DNA of 64,000 nucleotides from Balanoglossus misakiensis (GCA_040954595.2 CM082597.2:3086265-3150264), one strand, 5' to 3'; numbered from the stretch's first letter, positions 14,401 to 28,600 are shown. The notes: generated by a model not told the origin, from the sequence alone. A program made the numbers and translations.

Positions 14401-15911
14401 GCAAACCGTCGGGAGCACGACAAGACTTACATGAAAGGTTTTGGCTGAAATGTATGAGTTGATGCGTGAACGAGCGCCCTCTAACTTCCAGCCACCAAAG
14501 TGCTTATATGATATATACCAAATATCCTGAAAATCTGTCGTTAGGAGGCGCTCTGAGCGTTAGTTTTATCTGACACTATTCTATATCGCAAGTGGGTTTA
14601 AATCCACGTTATAATTAGGCCAAATAAAAAAATATGTGCTGTTCCGATTACATAGTTTTGAAAAATAGGTAGGGAAATTTCGGCTGCCCTATAGTGTAGA
14701 AAAGTGACGTCATAGTTCTTGCGTGATCGATTCTCGCAATTTTGTATATTTGACATCGTCATGAACATTGTGTTACAAAACCGCGAACGGTGTAATTGAC
14801 GTTGAATGATTTCTGACGCCATACAAACAAAACAGCTAAGGATGTAAGAGGTCACTCAGGGGTCATGAAAGTTGCCTGTTGTGGTGTGGTGTAGTCTGGT
14901 TCCCTGCCTGTTTCTGACGCTGCTGGCGCTATACTTTGAAAGGGGTAACGCATGGGCCATTTAATACATGGCTGTGATTGGACATTAGTATCGAGCGTAT
15001 TGGTTGGTCAATAAAGTTTTCAAGTGACAAATATGGTATTATAAGTATACAGTGTAGAGGTTGGATAGAGCGATTTGGGGCCGGGCAAATAAAAAAAACA
15101 AAATGCACTGGAAAAATAATCAAAGAAATTATAATTCATGCAATTTCAGTATTTGTAAATTTACAATTTATAAATTTATACAATTTCAACATTTAAATCA
15201 TTATATTAATATTTCACCAGCTTATGTGTGTAGGGGGGGGGGGGGGTTCGCGAGGCATTGAGGGTGATTCAGATAAAAACATTTCGCAAATCCTCTGATG
15301 TCCCCTACCCGTTTTTTGTGATCACCGCCTTAAATACATATCACAATTGATACTGGCGCTCTGTCCATATCTCAATGGCTCTTCAAAGCTCATGATTATG
15401 TTTTTTCCGGTGTGTCCAAGGCAATTTGATTGAAAGATGCTTGTGATCTTGGCATGTCTATTAACCACACCTGAGTCTTTGTATATCAGGTGGGGAATGT
15501 TCCATAGCCAACGGCGACTAAGTTGCTGTCGATGCTTCAGCGAGTAGGCGACAACATCAGTCGCGTTTATTGAACAGGGCCCCGGCCCCCGTGGTGCACT
15601 CAGCTGTGATTAGTATGGATGGACAAAGGACGATTAAACAAGACACCTCCAGGTGTCGTTCATGGCACCTTTTCCTTTCAACATACAGAGATCAGCGTGG
15701 ACATTGAAATTAAAAAAACACGGTGACGCACACACGGAAATATCACTTTTGGTGCCCATGGCAAAACGTTAGCCAATCGGAAACTCGCTTGAACATGACG
15801 GCCATAAATGCGAACGTTAACGCATAGCCCACCAACATTTCAATCGACACAAGTTACAGTACAACATAGCTGTTTGCATGTCAACAAGTCAATGCACTCT
15901 AAGTGTTGATC

Positions 15912-17174
15912 ATGGCAAACTTTGCGGTCAGTAATGTAACCTACGACGACTACATATTTTGTCCACCCGATTTCGAGATCGCTACCTGGAAACCACTGCT
16001 CCACGCCGTTGGCTTGGCCCTGCTGTCTGTGACAGGGACTCTTGGCAACTTACTGGTCATCCTGTCGATATTTTTTTATTTCAAGAGCTCACTCGACAAA
16101 CAGCCGCACACAATATTTCTCGGTAACATGGCCATAGCGGACTTCCTAACTACTCTGTTATACGAACCGTTCGTTGTGGTGTCGGTCGTGAAACACAGAT
16201 GGCCAATTGGCTTCGACGGGTGCAAGGTGCACGCGTCAGTCGCCAGTGTTTTCGTAGCTGTGTCGCTCTTCACCCAAGCCGCGCTTGCTTTGTGCAGCCT
16301 GTGCAAGGTGTGCACCACTGCGGGTACTTTCAATACGTACTTCAACCGCCGGCGAGTGTTTTTTGGCTGTGGCGCTATGTGGCTCATTGCCGCCGCGATG
16401 GAGGTCCCGAAGTACCTCGACGGTTTCGTCGGTTACGATTATCGAGCCAGTGAATGTTACATTCTCAGCTCGACATCGTCGTACGCACCGTTCATCGCGA
16501 CCAGTCTCGGAGTAATCCCAGCCCTCATCATTGCAGTTTCTTATGTGCTGATATGCGTACGGGTACGATTGCAAGACAAAAAATTCCACAATCCTGCAAA
16601 CCATCCCGCTGGAGACATCAACGCTCAGCCTACAGCTTCTAGTATACACCAGAGAAAGGCAACACGAAAAGTGGTGAAGAACTGTTTCATACTCAACCTG
16701 GCTTTCTACATTTGCTACTACCCTGTCGGAATCGCCCTGCTCCTGAGCAAAGAGTGTTACGACCTACCATACGACATATACCCAATATGCTCCATAGCCT
16801 TTTACCTGGGTTTTTGCATCAACCCATTCTTGTACGCGTGGAAGAATCCCAAATTCGTCCAGGGCGCAATCAGTATTCTGCGTTGCAGAGTGCACCAGCA
16901 CAAATTGAATCTCGTCGGAGCGATGCCGGTGGCCAAAGCGACCAAGAAGGTGATAACTGTAAGCGAGAGAGTCGCGCCGGTACCGCGAGAAAACCGCGTG
17001 TCTTCAGCGGTAGTTGAAAGAATCGGAGAAGTGCCATGTACCCCAACCGACAGCAGACGAATCACCGGTCGTACAACTGAACCCGCCTGCAGCACCAGCA
17101 GTTCCAGCAACCATATAACGGAATACAAAATTGACGAAATGAACCTTCAGAGGGTGAGTTTTACCAATGAATGA
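15912..17174 (+). CDS. Intronless class A (rhodopsin-like) GPCR, melatonin/GPR84/Tre1-like orphan type, 420 aa
   Basis: Single ORF from ATG 15912. Seven hydrophobic segments with TM1 GTLGNLLVI, TM2 NMAIADFL, Cys at the top of TM3 and in ECL2, TM4 W, TM6 FYICYYP and TM7 INPFLYAWKN. N-glycosylation sequon NVT in the N-terminus. Confidence 0.93.
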   Translation: MANFAVSNVTYDDYIFCPPDFEIATWKPLLHAVGLALLSVTGTLGNLLVILSIFFYFKSSLDKQPHTIFLGNMAIADFLTTLLYEPFVVVSVVKHRWPIGFDGCKVHASVASVFVAVSLFTQAALALCSLCKVCTTAGTFNTYFNRRRVFFGCGAMWLIAAAMEVPKYLDGFVGYDYRASECYILSSTSSYAPFIATSLGVIPALIIAVSYVLICVRVRLQDKKFHNPANHPAGDINAQPTASSIHQRKATRKVVKNCFILNLAFYICYYPVGIALLLSKECYDLPYDIYPICSIAFYLGFCINPFLYAWKNPKFVQGAISILRCRVHQHKLNLVGAMPVAKATKKVITVSERVAPVPRENRVSSAVVERIGEVPCTPTDSRRITGRTTEPACSTSSSSNHITEYKIDEMNLQRVSFTNE

Positions 17175-18045
17175 ATACTACATGAGACCCAGGAATATAC
17201 TAGTTAAAGGCCACACTTTAGGCTATTTACTGTATGCTTTTTGTTGTTAAAAGTTATCAATTTTGGTTTCTTTTACTCTGTAAAACATAGAGAATTGTCG
17301 AGTTATTTGGGTTTTAAACGCAACCTTTTTGTAGCAATCGTCATTCTATTGTTTCAAAATGAATTAAAGTTTGGACGTGAAATTCATTTGTCAACAATAA
17401 CAATGGCTGTTACTCATATACAAATTTTTATTGAGAATCTAAACACTGAACACTTCAGAGTAGATCAAAAACAGAGTTGATAGGGAGAAATATACTGAAA
17501 GTGATATGAGTGTCATAAGTGTCAAAGTAGATGTGAACACCCAATTTCAAAATCTACAGCAATTTCTTCCTAACAATGTATGTTTATATACCTTGTATTT
17601 TCTCCTTATGATCTACTTGTCTATCTACCTATCTGACTGACTGATTATCTGTTTGTCTGCCCGTCCATCCATCACCCCATTGCATGTTTAAATGATACTA
17701 TTTAGAGATGAAAAGAATAAACAACACTTTAATTGACTTTCATTAAATTCGTTGATGCACAGTGATGTATGTTTAATTTGGAAATGTTTGGAAATGTTAA
17801 TTTGCCAAAGTCTGCCTATTTTGACTGTACATATGTTGTGTAGTTTTCTGAAGTGATTGACTTGTATGATAAAATATTTAAAATTAATCATAACTTCTTT
17901 GATTAATTTAATTATGCTGTGCATTTAAGTGGTTTTATACGATATATGTGGCTGATGGACATATATCATGAAAAAATACTTGTATTGAGGAATTTTCAGC
18001 TGTAAAAAGTGACCCACCCCCAAAGATAGGTTTCTAAAAAGTGAC

Positions 18046-18075
18046 CCCCCCCCCCTGTAAATACTGAAGGCTCCC
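18046..18075. mobile_element. Solo right end of the same Harbinger-type family as 1933-2092
   Basis: A poly-C run plus TGTAAATACTGAAGGCTCCC, followed by TAA. The 20-mer is identical to the right TIR at 2073-2092. No matching left end was seen. Confidence 0.7.
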
Positions 18076-19398
18076 TAATGAGGCATCAGTGCCTAATTTG
18101 GGGCCATTATTTTTATAAGCTTATCTTTCTTCATTGTTGTGTACATATTTGGTCTGTATGGGTGTCTTCAATACAAATGGTTGATCCGTGAAAGAAAATA
18201 AACAGAATTTAATGTTATAAACGTAATAAAGTGTCTTTTCTTGAATTCAATAACATTTAGTGCAATGAAGTTTAATAACTAGTAATGAAAAATGTCATCT
18301 GTAGATAGGGACATATATTACATACATGTCAAACCTTGTGCATTGCATGCATAAAATCAAATGTGTCCATGAAGAGGTAAACGTGTTATCACTTGAGGGG
18401 TTATATAACTGGACATGTGTAATTTCCTAGAAAGGAGAGAGAAATTCAAAGATGTATCACATGGTATCCAAAAGTACAGCACCAAATTTCACTGAAGATA
18501 TTGATCTCATATATTCCATTTGTCACTACCGTTAATTTAAACATGTAATAAACAGAAACAGAAATACTGTACTTCCAGTTACTGTGTCAATTCTATCGAC
18601 ACATGTACTTAATTGAGATTGATCATGCAGACATAGCTCATTGTCAAAGCATGCATACTATTAATAGTTAACGAGCATCTGAAATCAGTGATATGAAAAG
18701 CAAATGGAATAACCCAAATAAGGGAGGGCTTCTAGAAATTGATCATCTCAAGAGTGTCAACTCAACATATTGTATTGTGGAGCAAAAACTCATGGATGGT
18801 ATCCTTGCTCTTTCAAGCTAGCACTGGAAAGCAATACAGGTGTATGTGTTCTACTTTCAAGGTGTGAACCTCAATGACGACGTCAGAGTACAGTGAATCT
18901 CAATTAACAGATAACAGACTCCCTTGCAGCAACACTACACACAATTATGAAGGCGGCCGGCCCCAGCCAAAGAATTACACATAGCCTTCAGCCAGTAGAC
19001 GAATATCACTGTGCACAAGGTTTCTCCAATAATTGCCCGTGTTAAGAATTGCGGTTGCTTGGCAAATCCCTGTTTCCTTTTCTCCAACAAAACTATTACT
19101 GCAACGAAACGAAATCTGCCCTTTTAAAACGCCTGTGATGGGCCTTATTACCATGGAAACTGATCCGAGGGACCAACCAATAAACCAATTTGCACTTCGG
19201 GGAACAACAGGAATTCAAGAGTCGAGTCGCACAACTTATTTTTTCCAACTTAATGACTTTATTGCTTTAAAAGGGGGGCTTTGACAGGTCGGCCTACACT
19301 GTGAGACTGAGGGTCACTGGGATGACGCCCTAGCACAATGCTAACCAATACACAAAACATTACTTGTTTACCCATTGCTTAAATTCCCTTTTACGTGT

Positions 19399-19456
19399 AA
19401 AAAATCAACTGAAAACAGCAGAAAATCATAAAAGTCATGATATCATATATCTACAT

Positions 19457-19513
<57 letters not shown>

Positions 19514-19691
19514 TGAGAGAGATAGTTACAGAAAGAATTATCTTCCCAAGGATAGCGTACAAAAATCAACTGAAAACGGCAGAAAATCATAAAAGTCATG
19601 ATATCATATATCTATATGGTATATATATATATATATATATAGAAAGTGAGAGAGAGTTACAGAATGAATTTCCTTCCAGAGGATAGCGTAC
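19399..19691. repeat. Tandem duplication (~160 bp and ~130 bp units), each containing a (TA)n(GA)n microsatellite
   Basis: AAAAATCAACTGAAAAC(A/G)GCAGAAAATCATAAAAGTCATGATATCATATATCTA...GTTACAGAA...GGATAGCGTAC occurs twice (~19399-19560 and 19561-19691). Confidence 0.9.
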
Positions 19692-20627
19692 ATGTTATTT
19701 TCAACATGTTACAATTCTAAAGGAAACCTAGTCCGTATGCAAAATAATTTTCATTGCCATATTACGTACAATAGCCCCCACACTTTGTCCGATTGTCAGC
19801 AAATCATTCACCATGACAACAACTGTGTCATATCTACAAATGGATGATGAACAGGCCAAGGTTATAATTTCTAGAAGACGATGGGCAAATGAAAACAGAT
19901 ATTGCTGTAGTGTATCATTATTACATAATGGTTACTTTTATGGAGGGTCATTACCCCCAATATGTTGTAATAAATGTACCTATATTATGTTGCTTTTTCA
20001 GCGTTGCTGGTAGTGTGGATTGGTGAATACTTGGGGAAAAACATCTTACACTCCACCATTTTCTCTTTGTCTATTTTTAATATACATTATTCTTTACATT
20101 ACTTTTCATCCGAGCCTGAGAAACTCCTTGAGCGGATGTTTTGTGAACAAAAACATTACAAGCGACCTAAGAGCCCAAGAGAGCTGCGCTGTAATTGGTT
20201 GCAGAAAGGATTAGGTAACCAGTTAGCATGCAGGTTATGATGAGAAGCTGAATATTCAACAAGCCAACATATGTAGGGAGTAGAATAAGAAAGTGTAGAG
20301 ATAGACATACATGGTTGAGCCATTTTTGACTAGTTTTTGTAGAGAGGTATTGTTGACATACAAGTATCATGAGAATAAATGAATGAAAGTCTGAATGTCA
20401 TGATTGTGTTTTGAATGTGGTAATAAATAACATTTTTACCCCACATTAATTTTAACATTAATTTCTCTGAGTGGTTTCTGGGGAAAAAGACAGCAATACA
20501 ATCTTTTCCATGAGAAAATTATTTTTTTTTGGCTGTTAAGGAAAAAAAAAGAAAAGAAGTGCAAATCATGCAGCGTGATGGCGCTGTCCACTAGGCCTTG
20601 CTTAGGCGTGGCTATGGACACTACTTA

Positions 20628-20779
20628 GGGACTGATCAGTTTCTTCAGCCTGGGGGTGCAGTGGATTCTAGTTTGTGGATATCAAAAAGTGACTGACCAC
20701 CCCCTCATTGAAAATTTAAAAAGTGGGTGACCCCCCCCCCCCCATCAACTTTCAAAAACTTATTGACCCCCCCCCCCAG

Positions 20780-20849
<70 letters not shown>

Positions 20850-21514
20850 GTGTAGATAAAATTAGCTTGAATGTCTTTCATGATAACACCTTATTTACTA
20901 GTTATGAACTAATATTATCCTCTGAAAATATACTTCAGCTACCACTGTAATAGCTTTCCAGGTACTAGACACAAGAACAGGAATGTATGAAGCTATGGTT
21001 TGGGGGGGGGGGGGTAAATGTAACCAACATTCTGGTGGTGAATTAAATAAAATGACAATTTGCATATATATAAATTGAAATAATTAAAATAAGAAATTTA
21101 TAAATTAAAAATACTAGTTTTTACAATAGTTGGCAGACATAGTAAAAATCAAGAGAAGTGAAGAGGGTGGGTGTGGGAGGCATGTTGAAAATCTTGTAAA
21201 ATGCAGAGCTCAAAGCTGAATTTTAGTGATCTAAAAAGCAAATCAACTCAACATAGGTAGGGGAGGCAAGTACCCTGCCCTGTACTGTCTGGCACACAAG
21301 ACAAACTAGCCAATACAAAAAAGCCTGAAAGGTGTTGAAGAATGAAGGGGGTGGGTGTTAGAAAACTTTGTAATACATAAAGAGCTTGAAACTGCATTTT
21401 TGTGGACTCTAAAGCAATTTTAGTCCCTCATTCAGCTTTTCTAAAACAAGATGACCCCCCCCCCCCAAATTCCAAAATAGGGTGACCCCCAGGCTGAAGA
21501 AACTGACCAGTTCC
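20628..21514. mobile_element. PIF/Harbinger-type non-autonomous DNA transposon (887 bp)
   Basis: 29-bp TIR GGGACTGATCAGTTTCTTCAGCCTGGGGG / CCCCCAGGCTGAAGAAACTGACCAGTTCC (2 mismatches). TTA TSD at 20625-20627 and 21515-21517. Internal (TG)n(TA)n microsatellite and poly-C/G runs. Confidence 0.85.
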
Positions 21515-22277
21515 TTAATTTTGTTCACCCTTTTCCCAAAATGCTTGCATAAATGTTTGAAGTTGTTGTGACAAATCACAAACTGATCGTTACACTGTAA
21601 CTACCCGTCTCCTGACATCACGTTCAACCCTACTATACTTCTCAACTAACTGTCCCTAGGGAAATCTACCCAGACCCTTGTCTGACCTCTTCCCTGTGCC
21701 CTATAAAACGAGCGGAGTTTTCAGGGTTTCATCAGAAATGACAGTAAAACAACCTCCCTATCCTGCGATAATTCGCATCCCCCATATGAATAGCCATGAT
21801 GCAATTTTACTGATAGGACGATGGACGCCTATATGAACACAGCAAAGGAGGCGATACAAAAGTCCAGTAAACGTGATGAGCTGATCTGCGTTAACAGATC
21901 CCGTGAGGAGTACGGTGCCCAGAGTCCAACACGCTCCTAAACTCTTGTAGCCTCTTTTCGCACACAACGATACAACGGTTCTCAACATTCATCGACTAAA
22001 CACATGTAAGCGCTGTCAATTACGGCGTGACCTGAGGTCTCTAACACGGCGGTCGGAACTCGCCGGCGCCGAAAACACGCGTTTTGACGAAGATATCGGC
22101 CCACGCCGAACTCCTGAGGTAAACAAGTCTTAGATCTCGCTATCAGTGCCCCGGGGCTGGCTATCCGCTAGGGATAACGCGGAAAAAAATGGAAAAGATG
22201 CACAGATCCTGAACTCCGTGTTCCTTCTCCAACGGACCCACGCTAATTATCCTCAAAGACGCGTCATATATGTTTTT

Positions 22278-22372
22278 CACGTGACCCAGAACGCACTTCT
22301 GATTGGTTCCTCCCCAAGGGCGAAATGAAGAAACCCCTTCATCCGTAGCCAAGTAACGGTCACCATGGCAAC
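22278..22372. promoter_or_regulatory. Promoter-like cluster: E-box, CCAAT box, RFX X-box
   Basis: CACGTGAC (22278), GATTGG (22301) and GTCACCATGGCAAC (22359-22372, matching X-box GTNRCCATGGYAAC) in a CpG-rich stretch ~0.9 kb upstream of the putative first donor of the repeat-NHL gene. Confidence 0.5.
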
Positions 22373-23089
22373 ATCGCTCCACCAGTTAAGCCATGGGAAG
22401 ACCATGCCAAATATTAAATACACGTAATAAATAAAATGGAATAACAATTCCATAACAGTACCCTGTTTATAGTGATGTGTGGTGGCATTGTCGTCGACCC
22501 GAGTGAGAGTTCAGTACATATCAAAATCAACAATTTATGATCGCAACTGATATGATAAATTTAGGAGCAAACTTACAAACATGTCCTAGCAAGTAAGCGA
22601 TATATTGCTATGTAATGTTCGTCACATTTTTGCTGAATCCAAGAAGTGAAATTATTGACAAGAGACGCATATTTGTATTCACTGAGAACAAAACACGCCT
22701 ATAAAACCCTCTGTGATGTAACCGAAACACTGACCACAATGAGCTCATAGGATATAAGTAGTTGATCATTTATAGGAAGGTGGCACGCGGGGTCGAGTGT
22801 CAAGCCATTTTTAAAATCAACATTATCAGGCTGCGGCAGAGTATTTATTCTCCCGCCCATTATCCGGTGATTGACAGGGTGTTTTAACAACGTGAGAATT
22901 TACAAGCGTTAGGGACTCTTCTGCGAGCCTGTTATTCATCAACAACTGCATCCAGTTAAGTTTTGAGTCGAAATGACTGTACATGCCCACGACATTGTGT
23001 GCTACTGCTAGAATTCGGGGAAAAACCACCGTCGGAAACTGGAATGTAGGTCAGTCTTTGTAATACTAATAGCCTACGACATGACGCCA

Positions 23090-23243
23090 ATTACCTCGCT
23101 TCGTTGAAGTCACACTATTTCCGCGACAAGACAGACGAAGTGGGACTCTCTAGCAAGTGGCAGACAAAGTTTGCCCTGTGATTCAATCGAGCAGTTGACT
23201 GGAAGACGTTGATACTGTCCGCCGAGACATCACGACAACTCAG
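23090..23243 (+). other. Putative non-coding first exon of the repeat-NHL gene (5' end approximate)
   Basis: Consensus donor CAG|GTGAGT at 23243/23244, with CpG-rich sequence upstream and no long ORF. Confidence 0.4.
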
Positions 23244-24595
23244 GTGAGTACACATTTAAAACCTGACTTTTTATTTGCAGATTTGCACATCACTGATCTA
23301 TTCTCTTTAAAACTTAACATTTAATAGGGCGTTGTTCGTACACGGAAGTGAGTTTCAGATTTTTTTATCTCGACGTTTGGTCGCCTTCCTTGTTTTGCTC
23401 AGACTGATCCTAACCGTGGCCGTGACTCTACGCAAAATGCGGTCAGTTGTAATAGATATTGGTCGACAGTGACCCATCCGTGAAATATATCAGTTTATGT
23501 TTCTAATCAGTGCGTTTTCAAGTGGACAAACAGGTTGTATATGCGGCAAGTGTACTATGTGACGTATTTAGGCCTACGTACTCGCCACTATTCCGCCGTG
23601 AACAAACTTTGTTGAGTGATAATAGAGATAAAATCTCTATGGTGACACCCTAGCTCGGCCAGACTGCTTTGAACCGCCATGTTTTAACGACAGAAAATTA
23701 TATCGTAAAGGACTTGTGTATGTACTTTATAACTACATGTATAAGGAAACAATGTTGCGACACCGAGTGGCCCTCTTGGATGGCCGATCGCTCGAAGGTC
23801 ATACTGGGTCACGTGAGTGGAACCACACGCCTGGCACACAATCAGGCCACTCAAAAAAATTATTTGTTTACACAATAAAATGTGTACTTGGGCGGTGATC
23901 CTCCTTCACTACATGTAGACTTCGCTCATACAATACATCTTGGGCTATAATACATCTTGATGCTCATACGAAAGCTATAGAATATAATAATGTATATCAG
24001 CATATTTCCTGACTTATTAGTTTATGTATATTGTCCATAACAACATAAACTTATGGTTTATATTTACCCAAAAGACACCCAAAAGTAAATCAACTAATAA
24101 AATAAATATATGTATTGTGAAAAACAATCTATCGCCTGCTGTTAACATATTGTGTGGGGTCGATTACTGATATCAACTCGGAATATTAACACATAAGTGT
24201 AAGAAAAATTCAAGTTGTGTCAGATTTATGCAATTGCTGACCGTGCTATTTATAGCCTTAGGACCTCCACACACAGCGCTCGGACATCTAGCACGCGACC
24301 TTTGACCTTGTGTGGCGAGACACCGCAATGTTTAAAGCGTATACATGGTTTGCTTTCAGAGCGGTGTTTGTTTACGCACCATCACACCCCGACACCCGGA
24401 TAACTCAAGTTTCATTTCGGAGTTTTGTACATCAGTGTGTGTGCTGACTGAAGGAAAGCCACGGATGCGCGCAACCCTCCAGTTATCGGCCACTTAGTGA
24501 CGTCACATCCTGACATATTGGGTAACATTTGAAGGAATACTCCGTGCTGTACCCAGCCAAGATTCGACTGACAAAGGCACGGGGTGACAATACCG

Positions 24596-25536
24596 ATGAC
24601 ATCACTCGGGACTCCGAGAGCTACAATGGAGACGGTTGACGTCAACAGAAACAAGCGCCCGGCCAACGCCAAGAACACGCACCGGATACAAGGCGCTCAG
24701 GAACGGCCGCGGGAGACGTCATCACCGAGAATCTTGTCGGCAAGAACGACGAAAACGTCAACCCCGAAAGCAAAACTTTCATCCTTGACGGGAAAGGCGG
24801 TTTCGCCGACGATAAAAACATCGTCCCCGAGGATGAAGACCACAACGCAAGTTATCCAAAGCAGGAAGCAAGTTAAAGAAGGTGAGAAAGTAGGTCCCAT
24901 ACATGACAAAGTAATTAAAGATATGCATAAGAAGTAGATGAAGACATTGTTTCCCGCTTACTTAACCCCACCAAACAGGCACACTGCACACAAAATATTA
25001 GGATAATCCTTTCAGTAAAATTATCAAGTTATTTTACAAAACCATGCCTTTGAATTCCGCTAACGTGGACAAATTATTAACTTGAACAAAGTATTAATAA
25101 AGACAAGTTGTTTAGTTTTGTCTCTCGTCACCGTGTAGAACAAAAGATAAGCATTTTACGCACAACACAACCAATGCCATGAAACTGCTGTTAGTATATT
25201 GGTATAAATATCATATAATGCTTTAATATGGGTCGGAAGTAACAATATTGTGCCATAGGATACGCGAAGCAGTTATTTGAATTTTAGGTGTTTCGGCTAA
25301 GAGTCAAATATCACGACATCGACAACAGCTGTTGAAAATAATCAGAGCCTTGGACAGTCAGTGTATTTCCAGGGACCAAGCATACATCAACTGAATATTT
25401 GCTTATAGTGCATAATGAATATGTGGGTTTTGTGCAAAGGTCATATCATGAGTTCCGTTCTATTAAATGATATTTCCTTAGGCTGTTCCTGTTGCCTGTT
25501 AGCGTGAGATAATGATGCTCTCGAAACTAATCTGAT

Positions 25537-25617
<81 letters not shown>

Positions 25618-28600
25618 CACACAGAAAGAAAAAAAACGTCTGTTGACAGTGCTACCACTGACCAATTTCGCAATCGAGACGAGATGAAAGAGTTCGTCAT
25701 CCTGTCTTACCTCACACTGCCTGACACTGAGCAAAGAAAACTTACAAGAACTGTAGAAGGGCTGAATGTCATGATTTCCTGTAAGAAACAAAAGAAACGG
25801 CTGCTAAACAACAGGAAAGGTGAGGCCTATTTAGAATTTAGGTTTCCAGCCTTTAATGTTTCTCTCGCCGGCTTGAACCGTGTACAGTATGTTTTTATGA
25901 AGCCAAGCGAGACTTGACTTGACAACCTGGTATTTTGCTGGTATGTGTAACATTCAAGGCTAGCCTTGTGTCTACCAGTTCTACCAAAAATGTCCTCAGG
26001 GGCAGTGAGTAGTAATGGCCAGTTTAGTGCGGGCCTCTGTGTAACGGTTTACTGTTGAGGTTTTAATTAACGCACGTGTGATCCGGGGCTACTTTGCATC
26101 AGTTCTTCTCAGACCTCACAACACCAAATCATGTGCAACAAGACTCGAATTCATGGTAAATTCGGAGAATGCTAACTTCCCTGCGGCAAAATTCTGACGA
26201 CGTAACCGTTTATCTGTTGTATACGTAATTAACATTGCTGTCATATATTCGGACTATTTCCATATGGTTTAAATACACTGGCAGAATATAAAACAAAGTG
26301 CATGTATGCGATCGTGGAAGCATACACTGAAAAATCAATAATTGTGTACACTGTACTCAACTATTTTGACGTTTTACTGCCACTTCAAGCAGGGAAATTT
26401 ATTACACCGTATTAAAGCTTAAAGTATCATGATGGCCTTACTGTTAACTTCACCATGTATCCTCGAAAATGTGAGCCTAGATGGTCATCTGCCGTGTGTG
26501 AGATTGTCCCCTTTCGTATGTGTGCTTGAGTGTTTTACACCAAGAATCTTGATGTCGACAGAGAATGTGAATATGGTGATACACTGATTTCAGGCACGTG
26601 ATGACTGTCCTTGTTTCTGGCAATGAGTTAGACGAGTTTCTAAATCTTTTAGAGCTCGTGGTAAAAGCTCAAATTTCTTCTGCAACTTCCGTTATGATGT
26701 GACCTTGCTATCAGACATTTAACAATTAGTCTACGACAAACAACACAGTCACCAGCCCTTCGCGGAAAAGTCATCAGAGCTCGGTTTCCTGCTATTGTGT
26801 ACGTGTGATATACTGCCTGTGGGCCATAGGCAGAAATCGTGATCACGACCGTACCAAATTAACTCTGGCACAACTTCTGCAGTGTTGGCGTTGCTTGGTT
26901 ACGTAATTGCCCGACGGGAATGTGGGCGTGCATACGCTGTCCACAAATTCAAACTACCCAAAAGCTTCCCTCGAACGAACGAGGGTGAACTAAAGTCGAA
27001 AAGGAAAAAAACATGCCATAATGTTGTCCATGCGGAACCTGGCTGAACAGCTGTTGGGGGTCAGCAATTTGCACTCAGCGTCTGGTTTAACCATTTGCGA
27101 TAGCTTTCATGAAACAACAGTCATATTATTTTTCATTAAAACAGTAAAAGGCCACATTACAACGACAAAAACAGCTGAGAAGGACGATAGTGGGAAGAAG
27201 AAGCATGAACAAACGGACGTAGAGGACCCTAACGCCGGGAGTATGTACGTCCCTGTGCCGGGAGCAAGGCACGAACAATGGACTGGCATACTCGAGTCGC
27301 TGATTATCATTTCCGCCGCCAAGCAGTTCTGTTCGTACATGTCAACCGTGTCCGGTGAGGACGCTCGACTACATAGTACGTCAGTTTTACCCATGCGTAG
27401 CATGATATTATGTTTCGTCATTATGGAGAACAAAAGATTGGAAATGTCAATTTGCGAATGACTGCAAATATATTAGTTGGCATGGGTATCGCTGAACGGT
27501 GTTTTTATACATGTACATGTATACAGAAAAGTCGCGCATGTGCAGTTCAGACGACCCTCCCCTTTAAGATTTGTCTGCGTTTTTTCGACTACCTTAAGGT
27601 CAGGAGAGGTTGTGTAAGTGTTTGTCATTCATCTTTCAGAAAGAAAGCGTATTCTCAGTGAGTCGAGGCGAGTACCTCTCCACCCACCAGCTCACAAGGC
27701 GGGAACTTTTGAAGAAGCGAGACGTGTCGTCATCGTTCCCAAGAAAACTTATCAACAGTGGTGTACTGTTTTAGAGGCTGTGAGGACGGCCATCGAAGAA
27801 ATGAAGAAGTACTTATCGTCTGCCAAAAGAAAAGGCACGTGTTCTTCTCATATTAAGCATTATCTGTCTGTTTTGTAGTGCAGTTGACTTGTCTACGCGC
27901 GAATTGCATTATTTGTGATGGTTAGCAGATGTCGTTGGCAGAAATTTTCCTGGTATAAATACACACCCTGAAATAAACTTACAATTTTGACACCCGCCTC
28001 TTTTGTGTTTTGACCTCGCCCTTACAGGTCACGGAGCGGGTGAAGACGATCGTTCAAGCGGCACGAAATTCAAAACATTGCCGAAAACGATATACCATCA
28101 ATGGTATCAGTCTGTAGAGAACTGGAATTTAGCGATGACGCAACAGCAGACGGAAAACAATATGGCCGCCCTGTACATTCCGCCGGGTAGGCTGATAATA
28201 TTCGTTATCTAAGATTTTTAACAAAAAGATATGCTACCTACGGCAATATCATCGAAATGTTTGACGTATATTTCTAAGTTTGTGTATTTCGTAGCAAATA
28301 AATCCTTGCATACTCGAAAATAAATCAAAGGTAAAGAACTATCGTTGCATTTTTGTAGGTAACGACCAAAGTGTGAAGTCTGACCGACGAGATGTCAGAA
28401 AACCGACAGTTTTGCCGAAGAACGACACACGAGAAGAAATTGTGATACCCATTCCTCTGCCAATATGCCAAGAGTGGGAAACGCTGTTGAAAAACTGTAA
28501 AATAAATGTTCCGTCCAAGGCATCTATTTCAAGAATTCAAGGTTGGTCACACACAGGAAAGAATGCACCAGACTCGTTTAATCAACACTGTTTGCAATTT

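Noticed and set aside
14881-14950. tRNA A-box-like TGGTGTAGTCTGG
   Set aside because: No B-box or cloverleaf can be formed.
16076-17128. Several overlapping ORFs within the GPCR
   Set aside because: Alternative-frame or antisense shadows of the 420-aa GPCR.
25441-25791. ORF with (ER)n run; likewise (YVCM)n at 29.4 kb and His/Pro-rich ORFs at 1.9-2.1 kb
   Set aside because: Translations of microsatellites or of the MITE interior.
26113-26156. Possible extra micro-exon in the 1.3-kb intron of the repeat-NHL gene
   Set aside because: It has AG/GT ends but is 44 nt long, so it would break the frame, and it lacks the module motif.
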